A stretch of DNA of 62,807 bases, filler included, from Collodictyon triciliatum (taxonomy: Eukaryota): assembly GCA_043381765.1 (NCBI GenBank). It is 29 parts of 29 records of this genome, joined end to end, with 100 filler letters (N's around TTAATTAATTAA, not from the genome) between each part and the next. Parts side by side here need not be neighbours in the genome. Positions count along the whole stretch, not along the records: positions 13,047 to 15,118 come from JBHJMP010009589.1; positions 15,219 to 17,289 come from JBHJMP010009590.1; positions 17,390 to 19,460 come from JBHJMP010009591.1; positions 19,561 to 21,629 come from JBHJMP010009592.1; positions 21,730 to 23,797 come from JBHJMP010009593.1; positions 23,898 to 25,964 come from JBHJMP010009594.1; 23 more parts are not named here. One strand, written 5' to 3'. Made by a program: the position numbers and the translations under genes. The notes beneath the pieces are model-generated. The model was not told where the DNA came from and searched no databases. It saw only the letters and a program-made list of their open reading frames with translations. This document shows, piece by piece, positions 13,047 through 24,194 of the stretch (position 1 is the first letter of the stretch; every line of letters begins with the position of its first letter).

Positions 13047-15084
13047 TCTCAGTATATTTGATTTGTTTGAAGTGTCTCCCTTGCAAACTGAACTGGACGT
13101 GTCTCTCGAAAATCCTGACCTTGTTCGAGTTCGGTTGGACAAAAAATTTAATATGATTCAGTACGTGTGCAAATACTTGAGAGCTATGAGAATACCATCT
13201 GGAAATGGCTCGATTAAAACCAAGGTCAACCTGGATGGACCAGACCTAAATTCAGCAGAGTATGTTCTCATCAGTTATTTTTAATTTTATTCTTCATCAT
13301 TCATATTATAGAAAGAAAATTCTAACGATATTGAATCAAGGTGTCAGAATCTTTTGGATGCATATTTCCCTCAAAGAACGCGAAGTGAGAAAATCAATTT
13401 TGTGAAAATTATGTTCGACCAGTTGGAGTTCTTTGACCAGACCGTGTTCCTCGACCCGAGTTTGAATGAGCTAGCATCAGCACTTCGACCGAAAGTACAA
13501 ATTATTTCTAAGTCGTGTTTCCTTAACATTAAGTTTACATGGTAGTACTAGCCATATTATATCGTCTTGAAAAGTTTTATATATTTACCGTCTATTACAA
13601 AAATTTTACATAATTAGGATGATTAAGTTTCGCTTTATTAGATTTCTGAATGGATTGTAGAGGCTGCTAAGGATGTATGTACATCTTGCTTTTCAAATGA
13701 ACCAGTCAAAAAAACAGGTCATGTCTATTTTTCAACTGTATTTGATGTTCAAAAAAGATGGAGGTCTTCACCAACACCTATTGCCCTTTTCAATGATGAT
13801 TCTGGAGATGGAAAAGGCTCTTCCATATCAATCCTTCACTTTAGTAGAGACTGTCCCACTGACTCTGCTATGACTCAAGCTCGGTTGGAACCAGAAAAGA
13901 TATTCAATTATAAATACCAGAAGTCTTATCATGATGTAATCAGAAGGTTATTTGGCCTAAAACCCAATGAAGAAACAAAAGTCATTGAAGCAGCAAAAGG
14001 AGATATTGGGATGAGCAATTATGTATTCACACCTGACAACTTAGCAAAAATCATGTCAATATATTCTAGAATCAAGTCTGGATTGCCCGTCCTGATTGTG
14101 GTTCGTCTCATTAGTCCATTTCATTAATTTTGAAACTTCAATTTTCTAAATGAATCCTTTTAAAAAAATAATTTTGCATATCACAGGGAGAGACTGGGTG
14201 TGGAAAAACAAGAATGGTTGAATTAATTTCCAAGATTGTAGGAAAAGGCTCCGGCTCGTTGAGAGTGCACGGTATACTATTATGAATATACAGATTCTTT
14301 AATTAGCATACGTCGTAATATATTTGTATCAGCCAAATTAGGGGAGGAACAACGACATTTTGCACTTATTTTACTTTATGTTTCAAAATTTAGGAGGAAC
14401 GAAAAAAGGAGACATTGAGAGAAAACTAAGGCCTCTGATAAGTACATATCCATATATAAGCTTGAATCAAAAAAATTGGATATTCATTTATTATCCTTGT
14501 AGATAAGGCTATCGAAAATCCAACTAGCAAGTTCTTTTTCTTTTTGGATGAAATCAACACCTCTACTTTACTGGGTATATTTAAAGGTACGCTCTTTATA
14601 TTATCGTTTCATTGTAATTTATTAGAAAATTAACCAATTATACCAAATTATAGAAATGATGTGTGACCACACGATGGAAGGAGAAGCTCTACCAAAGAAC
14701 TTGACCTTTATAGCGGCCTGTAATCCATATAGAAAAAAGGACAATAGAGGACAACTATCAAAAACCAAAGTTGGAATAGAGTCGCATGTACAAACCTTGC
14801 AGGCTAGAACTGCATTTGATGACCTCGTGTATGCAGTATATCCTCTACCGCTTTCCCTCGCGCAATATGCCTGGGACTTTGGGTCTGTCTATGGAGATGA
14901 CGAGGCAGAATACATCAAGTTCATGGTTACACCCCAGCACATTCAGGAATCTGGACTCAATAGGCGGTATGCTCAGGCTCTGGTAAAGAGTCAAGCATAT
15001 ATTAGACACCACTGTAGGGAAGAGAGTTTCGTTAGTCTGAGAGATATAGAGAGGTCACTTCGATTAGTGAGCTATTTTCGCAAG
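13047..15084 (+). CDS. RNF213/mysterin-like AAA+ ATPase (internal fragment)
   Basis: YVFTPDNLAKI..RIKSGLPVLIV/GETGCGKT (Walker A), VHG/GT, FFLDEINT (Walker B), FIAACNPYR, LVYAVYPLP, AWDFGS, SFVSLRDIER. Confidence 0.85.
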
Positions 15085-15542
15085 GTTCTGCTCTCTTTTT
15101 TTTTTTCATGTATCTTGANNNNNNNNNNNNNNNNNNNNNNNNNNNNNNNNNNNNNNNNNNNNTTAATTAATTAANNNNNNNNNNNNNNNNNNNNNNNNNN
15201 NNNNNNNNNNNNNNNNNNAAAGGAAAGGAAAGGAAAGGAAAGGAAAGGAAAGGAAAGGAAAGGAAAGGAAAGGAAAGGAAAGGAAAGGAAAAAGAAAAGG
15301 AAAAAGAAAAAGAAAAGGAAAAAGAAAAGGAAAAAGAAAAGGAAAAGGAAAGGAAAGAAAAGAATTCAACAAAATCAATAAGATATGTTTTCATTTCTGT
15401 GTTTTTATTCTGTTTTCATGGAGCATCCTTCTGGGAAAAAGCGGAGGTCTGCTTGAAAAAACCCAGAGAATCCCTCCATCTAAGATAAACATAATTAAGT
15501 AACATGTATGTTAATATGCACTTATTAATATTACTTACCTTG

Positions 15543-17289
15543 TTAAGCTGAGGCTTTCTTTCTCCATTCAGCAGCTTTCTCGGTGTCCTTCTCAACACCC
15601 CATCCATTCTCATAGCATTCAGCCATCATTTGAGCCTGGAACATGGAGAACTTACCCTGCTCACAATATGCAACAAAGTCCGCATCAAAGGAAGCAGCAC
15701 CTTCTTGCAGGAATAGTTTCTTGTTCATTGCATCCAGTTCAGCATTGTTGATACGAGTTTTCGCTGCTTCCAGTATTCTTGGGCCGATAATCCGAACAGT
15801 TCTCACGTTCATTATTCTGCTTGTATCAATCATATTCATCACATCACTTGGTCTATTAAATACTGCGATGATTTCGTCTGGTTTATCTTTCATGACCAAT
15901 TGGCTCTTCTCATTGTAGGTCACTTCTGATATTTTCAGGCTGTGTATTTGGTTTCCTGTGGCTACATCCCAAATACGTATTTTGTTATCATTGCTTCCAG
16001 AAGCCAGCCAATTTTCACCATTCGGCCCTTGAATACTGCAAACACTATTGACTGGCTCTGTATGTCCTTCTAACGTTTTGATTTGGTTTCCTGAGACTAT
16101 ATCCCAAATATGTATTGTTGTATCACCACTTCCAGATGCCAGCCAATTTTCACCATTCGGTCCTTGGATGCTGCAAACACTTTTGACTGGCTCTCTGTGT
16201 CCTTCTAGCGTTTTGATTTCGTTTCCTCTGGCTACGTCCCAAATACGTATTGTTTTATCATTACTTCCAGAAGCCAGCCAATTTTCACCATTCGGTCCTT
16301 GAATACTGCAAACACTATTGATTGGCTCTCTGTGTCCTTCTAGCGTTTTGATTTCGTTTCCTGTGGCTACATCCCAAATGCATATTGTTGTATCACCACT
16401 TCCAGATGCCAGCCAATTTTCACCATTCGGTCCTTGGATGCTGCAAACACTTTTGACTGGCTCTCTGTGTCCTTCTAATTTTTTGATTTGGTTTCCTGAG
16501 ACTATATCCCAAATATGTATTGTTGTATCACCACTTCCAGATACCAGCCAATTTTCACCATTCGGTCCTTGGATGCTGCAAACACTTTTGACTGGCTCTC
16601 TGTGTCCTTCTAATTTTTTGATTTGGTTTCCTCTGGCTACATCCCAGATACGTATTGTTGTATCACCACTTCCAGAAGCCAACCAATTTTCACCATTCGG
16701 TCCTTGAATGCTGCAAACACTAGTGACAACATCTGTTTGACCTTCTATCGTTTTGATTTGGTTTCCTCTGACTATATCCCAAATACGTATTGTTTTATCG
16801 TCACTTCCAGAAGCCAACCAATTTTCACCATTCGGTCCTTGAATGCTGCAAACACTCATGACTTCCCTTGTGTGACCTTCTAATGTTTTGATTTGGTTTC
16901 CTGTGGCTACATCCCAAATACGTATTGTATTATCCTTACTTCCAGAAACCAACCAATTTTCACCATTCGGTCCTTGAATGCTGCAAACACTAGTGACAAC
17001 ATCTGTTTGACCTTCCAATGTTTTGATATGGTTTGCTGTGGCTACATCCCAAATACGTATTGTTTTATCCCAACCTCCAGAAGCCAGCCACTTCTCACCA
17101 TTTGGCCCTTGAATGCTGCAAACACTATTGACAGAACTTGTATGACCTTCTAATGTTTTGATTTGGCTTCCTGTGGCTATATCCCAAATGCATATTGTTG
17201 TATCACCACTTCCAGATGCCAGCCAATTTTCACCATTCGGTCCTTGGATGCTGCAAACACTTTTGACTGGCTCTCTGTGTCCTTCTAAT
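15543..17289 (-). CDS. WD40 protein with at least 10 near-identical 42-aa repeats and a C-terminal SEL1-like repeat (5' partial)
   Basis: Frame open from the contig end to a stop at 15543; 126-bp repeat encoding EGH..PV.SVCSIQGPNGENWLASGS.D.TIRIWD; ends AQMMAECYENGWGVEKDTEKAAEWRKKA. Confidence 0.92.
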
Positions 17290-17544
17290 NNNNNNNNNNN
17301 NNNNNNNNNNNNNNNNNNNNNNNNNNNNNNNNNTTAATTAATTAANNNNNNNNNNNNNNNNNNNNNNNNNNNNNNNNNNNNNNNNNNNNAAAAAAAAAAA
17401 AAAAAAAAAAAAAAATAAATAAAAAAAAAAATAAAAAATAAAAATTAATAAAAGTTTTTTAAAGTTTTTTTTTTTTTTTTTTTTCACAGGCAACAACATG
17501 GGGATTGTGAGACGAGCGGTTAAAAAAGGGGCCAAAGATCTTAC

Positions 17545-17595
17545 CAAGCCATCAATCTGTACGACGTTGATGAAGTTTTCGCTCTCAGACTCCAT
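17545..17595 (-). CDS. EIF3H: Translation initiation factor 3 subunit H, first coding exon
   Basis: MESESENFINVVQIDGL followed by a GTAAG donor; matches the eIF3h N-terminal VQIDGL motif, but only 17 aa are visible. Confidence 0.6.
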
Positions 17596-17847
17596 TTTCC
17601 TGCAAGACTGGATTTTCTGGACGGTGGAATTTGCATTAGGAATCATCAACCTTAATTAGCTCTGAAAACAAACTTATGTGTCTGGCTGACGAAAAGCAAG
17701 AAGAAAAAAAAAAAGAAAGAAAATGCGGTCGAGCACTATGGAGTTGTACTTCTCAACTCGGCTCACCCTTCAATAATCTAACACAACTGCGCGCTTCCAC
17801 ACACAATCAAAATTAATGAGCCTTGAGTGGCAGGAAGATCTCATTTA

Positions 17848-18198
17848 CATGCCCGGCCATGCCCTTCTTTATTGACCCCAACATGGCTTTTCCAGAAGTC
17901 CCGTGCAACCGCACTCGTAACACTCCAGGATTCCCCCGATCGCGCTGATTGATCATTGGTTACAACTGGGAAAAATAATTAGAGTGACCACACATTTTCC
18001 ACATTTGTATATATTCGTTGAAGAAGGGCAATGGATACCATTTTGGTTCATCTTGGGATATTCTCGAAACCTGGTGGCGTTGCGCGCCGCGAAGGATCTT
18101 TTCCCTTTCAGCATTTCTTTCCAAGAGTATCCCCATCCCCTGTTTCTCGAGGGCGAATCCCAAAAGTTGCACCGCAAATACGAGCAAAGCGTGACCTT
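17848..18198 (-). CDS. Possible two-exon fragment of an unknown gene
   Basis: Two GC-richer blocks with plausible AG/GT ends; two phase-compatible readings exist and no family was recognised. Confidence 0.25.
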
Positions 18199-18508
18199 TA
18201 CCAGGACTTATTCTCGCAATTATTAAGAACACCTAACTAAAACATAAAATGGAAGGAAGGAAGGAAGGAAGGAAGGAAGGAAGGAAAGGGATAACATTAT
18301 CTTTTCTCCTCATTCTTTCTTGCTTTGTTTCTTTGTTTCTTTGTTTCTTTGAATATCTGTCTCTGTCTCTTTCATCCTCTCTCCGTAACATCCTATATAC
18401 ACTCACCCTGTGCTCTATCCCATGACTAATGTCCAAGCTGGGACACTTTGCCCAGATACCCCCTATTCTTCCTCGGAACAGAACAAGCGAGCAAGCAGCA
18501 AAGACTAA

Positions 18509-19173
18509 ATGGCCCCGTCAAACAACACCAGCGACTTATGTCCAACATGCCCCAATATCCTTCCATTCATGAGACGGACTTTTGGCTTTATCCCGTACAC
18601 GAAGAATATGCCCGATCAAGAGGGACCCAAAAAGGAGGCCACCCAGTCCCACTCGCAAATTAGTGCCGCCTCTCCATCCTTCCGCACGTGGGGCCAATCT
18701 CCGTCATGCTTTGCTCTAGCGCAACAGTCCTTCTCATTCGGGGCTCGGTTTGGTCTGATCTTTGGCATTGGAGAAGGCGTGATGCAAATCATGAACTATG
18801 GTCTCAACTCCCAGACCATCTTGGCCGGTGCGACAGGTGCAATCATGTCTGCCTTCCGCACAGGCCTTTTTTTGTCCACATATCGCTTCACGTATTGTCA
18901 TATGTATCCTGAATTTCGCAATCGACATGTTACCGCGGCAATGGCTGGTGCTTCGACAGGGATGCTGTTTTCTCTTCCAGCGGCCTATGTTACCCGCGAT
19001 TTCCGTCAAGTTGGTTTGAACGGGATAATCACCGGAGTTATGGCGGTAAAACATCAGATTATTGCCGTAAACGATATGTTGCTGCTTATTTTATCTACCC
19101 TTTTGCTTCTCACAAAATCATTAAAGTGCTTTAATAATTGCAGGTTCTATTTGAGGCCTTGTTCCACAGTTGA
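18509..19173 (+). CDS. Tim17/Tim22/Tim23 family membrane protein (2 exons)
   Basis: Gly-rich TM helices (FGARFGLIFGIGEG; AAMAGASTGMLFS), C...TYC pattern; intron 19046-19143; ends VLFEALFHS*. Confidence 0.7.
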
Positions 19174-19363
19174 ACGCCTTCACCGACAGTCTCTGGGGGA
19201 AACCCCCAGAAAAAAAATCATCCAACTTTTCATTGGTGAATCAAATCAATAAACACTTCAACACATCAGAAACAAGACACAAGAACCAAAACAAAACAAA
19301 AAAACAAGTATACCTTAGCTGTGGAATTCATTTCAATGGATGGTTCTCCAATTATCCCCAGTG

Positions 19364-19460
<97 letters not shown>

Positions 19461-19560
19461 NNNNNNNNNNNNNNNNNNNNNNNNNNNNNNNNNNNNNNNN
19501 NNNNTTAATTAATTAANNNNNNNNNNNNNNNNNNNNNNNNNNNNNNNNNNNNNNNNNNNN

Positions 19561-19654
<94 letters not shown>

Positions 19655-19767
19655 TTACGCAACGAAGGGAAGGTACCTTTGTTAAACATACTTATAAACT
19701 AATACTTTTCCTCATGCGAACTGGATGCACACTATTCTTGACGTTTTGCTACTTTATGCCACCAAAG

Positions 19768-20491
19768 GCTGAAGCTGGGAAGGTTGTCCTTGCAGGGCGT
19801 CCAGACATCATATGGTATTCACCTGACGCTTCTTTCCAAAAGATAGTAGTAACTTATTCGTCTAAGGACACGTTGCTATTTCCTTTTCTCTTGGTATATT
19901 TAAATGAAGTACATTCACAATGTGCATACATCGTTACCATACAAAGGTCGCAGGTTCATGTGGATGATCTTGCTGATGCCTACATCCGTATCGTCGAAGC
20001 TCCTCGCTCTGTGGTGAACCGCCAATACTTTCATTTTTCTGATGATTCTCGCTTCACCTTGGGGCAGATCGCCAAAAAATTTGCTGAGACTGCTGGGTAC
20101 ACAGGAGAGGTGAATACAAATCCATCATAACAGATATATATATAACCAAGAGAAAAAAGGAGCCCGTATCGAACTATGAACAAATGAAATCACGATAATT
20201 CATAGCTGTTCTTTCTCTCAGATTCAATAATCCATCATACAGATTCCGCACGATGAGAGTAAAGTCCCTGACTTTTTCCTTAAGACAGTAATTGTGGAGT
20301 CTTCCAAGGTATGCTACCGTTAACTATCGCAACACCTAGTCAGTTCAATCCCCTCTCAGTGCAGCCCGAATTGTACATAGGCTCGTCGTCTTCTTGGCTG
20401 GGTTCCGGCTCACAAACTCTCTCTCGATGAAATTGAGCTCTATTATGCTTATCACAAAGCAACCAAGGCTGCCCAGGAACACAAGCAGTAG
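19768..20491 (+). CDS. NAD-dependent epimerase/dehydratase (extended SDR), C-terminal exons
   Basis: W/SQVHVDDLADAYIRIVE, FHFSDD, VESSK/ARRLLGWVP, stop at 20489-20491. Confidence 0.8.
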
Positions 20492-20793
20492 GGTGTCCTC
20501 AAGTCGTAGAAGGAGAGAAAAAGCCTTGACAGAATAAAACATCATGCCTCAACAATTACGGATTAGACCAAAGTATCCGAGAAACAATTGGAGCTGTGGT
20601 GATTTGGGTCATTTTTTTTTATATTCTTTATCAAAGAACAAACTACTTCAGTGATTTGTGAAATTTTGAGGCGGGCACTGACATTTCGAGTCGTTGTTAT
20701 GGGTAGGTGCATTTGTAATATTTGCTTAACTGCGTACCAACATAGTGGATAGCGCATAGCCCGTAGCCCGCCATACATCTTTCATCAATCATC

Positions 20794-20919
20794 AATCATC
20801 AATACGGTAGTGTCTTCCCCTACTCGCGTTTGCTCTCTCCCATGCGCTCCCATTCCGCCCCCTTGTATGGCATAACCTCGCTACACTTTGAATCGAATAA
20901 AGGAAAAAAAATCATCAAT
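20794..20919 (+). mobile_element. About 106-nt truncated retroelement 3' end with A-tail, inserted in an (ATCAATC)n tract
   Basis: Ends ACTTTGAATCGAATAAAGG(A)n like the 8.1 kb and 21.9 kb inserts; flanked by AATCATCAAT (TSD ambiguous because the site is repetitive). Confidence 0.7.
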
Positions 20920-21868
20920 CCCCAATCATCAATCATCAATCATCAATCATCAATGATAAATCGCTATATTCCCCATATTAGGAATTTGGGTATATTTTCC
21001 ATATAAAAGAAAGCAATAGACAGCATTGGGAGAACTAATTACGAATATCGTCACTAATAGGCTACCCAAATCAATTTGTCACCAAACCAGCCTTCGATCT
21101 CCGAACAAACGTACGCACGTTCGGACCCCGTTGCGTTCTGCTTTTCTGCCTTGTGTTCGCACTCCTTTCCCATAAACTTGAAAAACTTCTTCATCCCGCT
21201 ACTACCCGCTTTCTGGAAAGAGACCAATTATTTATTTATTTTGTTTTGGTTTTTGTCTTTTCTTTTCTTCTCATTTCCCCAGGTTTCATTTTGTTTATTC
21301 ATTTTACATGGGTTTGCGAGACGCTTCTCCGCCTCTCTGTTATCTGTGGATGCACCTAATACCGAGTATAATCTTTTGGGTTGTATTCTTCACACTACAT
21401 TTTCTTTTGGGATGCTACAAACACCAGGCCAAAAGAAAAAAAACAAAAGAAAAAAACAAAAGAAAAAAAACAAAAGAAAAAAACAAAAGAAAAAAAACAA
21501 AAGAAAAAAACAAAAGAAAAAAACAAAAGAAAAAACAAAAGAAAAAAACAAAAGAAAAAAACAAAAGAAAAAAACAAAAGAAAAAAACAAAAGAAAAAAA
21601 CAAAAGAAAAAAACAAAAGAAAAAAACAANNNNNNNNNNNNNNNNNNNNNNNNNNNNNNNNNNNNNNNNNNNNTTAATTAATTAANNNNNNNNNNNNNNN
21701 NNNNNNNNNNNNNNNNNNNNNNNNNNNNNAAACCATACCAACTTTTTTAAAAAAAAAAAAAAATTTAAATATTCTTTTTTTTTTTTTTTTAGTAACGGCC
21801 TTTGAACAAAGGGAAATATTGCAACTGCACATAATAAAATGCGAACCTATGGGAGGTACATTATCATC

Positions 21869-21927
21869 AACATTATCATCAACAACTTTGAATCGAATAA
21901 AGGAAAAAAAAAACATTATCATCAACA
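21869..21927 (+). mobile_element. Ultra-short (27 nt) retroelement 3'-end insertion with 16-bp TSD
   Basis: AACATTATCATCAACA at 21869-21884 and 21912-21927 flanks ACTTTGAATCGAATAAAGGAAAAAAAA. Confidence 0.75.
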
Positions 21928-22467
21928 TAATACACAAGACGAAAGCACTAGAACATCGCATTGTATTAGTTGAAGAAAAAAGCACATTTTGCGCATCAAA
22001 TGGCCCACATATCGACCTTATCCAATCAGATATCTGATGGAAAGGATGCGGTCCGTAACCTAAAAAACCGGTAAATCAAAGCACTTTGATACATTTCACT
22101 GCTGATTGTTTCTCTTGAAAGCACTGCAGGCGCATATCGCTATTGGAAATCCAAAGTCTAGTTTGCTAGCTTGTTACTTCTTCCTTCTTTTCTTTCTTTT
22201 TATCAATAGTTTATTGATCAAACACATCGTCAAAGATGAATACCGTTTCTTTTTAATCAATGTTTTTTTAAAAGGCTGATATTTGATGCGGGATTAAGTG
22301 ACGCGCACCACCTTTCGAGTATCTTTATTGACTCATTATAGTGGCTTATAAAACCCATCACAAAGCAAAGGTTTATGCTATAATGTTACTTTTTTTTTTC
22401 AAAAGAAATATATGATATAATTGGATATTCTGTAAAAATAATAACTTATTAGATCACTGCTAGAAAT

Positions 22468-22469
<2 letters not shown>

Positions 22470-22502
<33 letters not shown>

Positions 22503-23797
22503 TTAGTTACTGATCTCACACTGTCGCTAAGGTCAATGTGGCTCATTGATGTTTTTCCTTATATATTTTGTCTAAAGAAAGGGCTTTTATTATGATCCTA
22601 CAGCCCGCCCTAGTTTTTGCGCCTTGGTTGAAAGCACGAGCGCGTTTTGTATTCATGTGCAGGTCGTTGTAGTATAGAAACAAAATTCATGACACATCTA
22701 AATATATATCTATTGTGGGTCGAGCTTCATACAATCCTTAAAAGCTGTAACTACCAAAGCCCCGACTTGGATTCAATCCGAGGCCTAACTTCCGGCAGAG
22801 TCCAAGTGACGCGACTGATTTAAATCAGACAATGAATGCGTAACTAGTAGACGCAACATGTGAAATTCGCTAATTTTATTTAAAAAAAAGAACATTCAAT
22901 TTGGATATAGTGCTGTATTTGATTTTTTTTGTATTGTTATTTGATTGAATGCCTTAAGCCCGTGATAAATATATGTATCTGAACTATGTTGACTCACTGC
23001 AACCCATTTCCTGAGTAACCTCATTTCACCATTTGTTGCGATGCTCTGTTTAATGCATCGTTCAAAGAATCCATCGCGTTCGTATATTTATTTGATCCAC
23101 AAAGTCCTAGTCAAAGCCAATTTACTTTGCTTCTAAACCCATCTTACTGGGCCATTCTTTGCTATTTTTATTTTGTTTATTTTTCTTTGCGTGTAGAGAT
23201 GGAGTTCCTGTCTCCAAGGTGCCAGCCTTCTTTTGCACTAACGCTACCTGGTGGCTGGGTGGCGGAGAAGTAGTCGGTAATCAGGAGTTGCATCCTGCGG
23301 TTTGGCCTGTGTTCTGGGTCTTGTGCTTGCATGAGAGATACAAAGCGAGGTTGAACATCTTTCTCAGCTTCTTTCCACATGTCTCTTCTCACAGGGTCTG
23401 AGTAGTGGAGAACGTGCAGGTGGCAAAGGAAGCTGTTGAGAAAAGAGATTTGTATGATGTCATTCAGCCTGTTATCAGGAATGGGTGGCTAGTTGTTGAA
23501 TCTTGCTTTGCGTGAGTATATACGTGCTATCCACATAGTCCAAAGCAAATGGCCTCACGTCACTGCCCAGAGTGTTTTTGCATCTGGACGCAGCTGTTGC
23601 AGAGGCCCAAATATCGCCTGGATTGGGCCAACAGCCGCAGCCGTCTTGAGTGTCAGTCGGAGAATCTCATCCGCTGTTTCGCGCAGGTTTTGAGCGACGG
23701 GACATTGCACAAATGTGTGCTCAATGGATTCATCACCGTTGCTGCAAATTGTGCATTGTTGGGAGACTTTGCCAGCTTTTGCCGCGCGTGTGCCTAT
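22470..23797 (-). mobile_element. LINE 3' part, copy B: zf-RVT, ORF end at 23177, ~700-nt 3' UTR and probable poly(A) tail
   Basis: Homologous to 8700-9838; the frame continues ..YSDPVRRDMWKEAEK..STRKEK*; a T-run at 22470-22501 is poly(A) on the minus strand. Confidence 0.88.
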
Positions 23798-23897
23798 NNN
23801 NNNNNNNNNNNNNNNNNNNNNNNNNNNNNNNNNNNNNNNNNTTAATTAATTAANNNNNNNNNNNNNNNNNNNNNNNNNNNNNNNNNNNNNNNNNNNN

Positions 23898-23986
<89 letters not shown>

Positions 23987-24194
23987 CTCTTTTTTTCTCT
24001 TTTTTTTCTCTTTTTTTTCTCTTTTTTTTCTCTTTTTTTTCTCTTTTTTTGTCTCTTTTTTTGTCTCTTTTTCTGTCTCTTTTTTCTCTTTTGCCTTTCT
24101 ATTATCGCCTGATAAGCCGCTTGAATTTCGAAAGCGAAAATTGCTGATACAACTACCTTAGTTCAATGCTAACATGAACGGAAATGTTCTCTAG

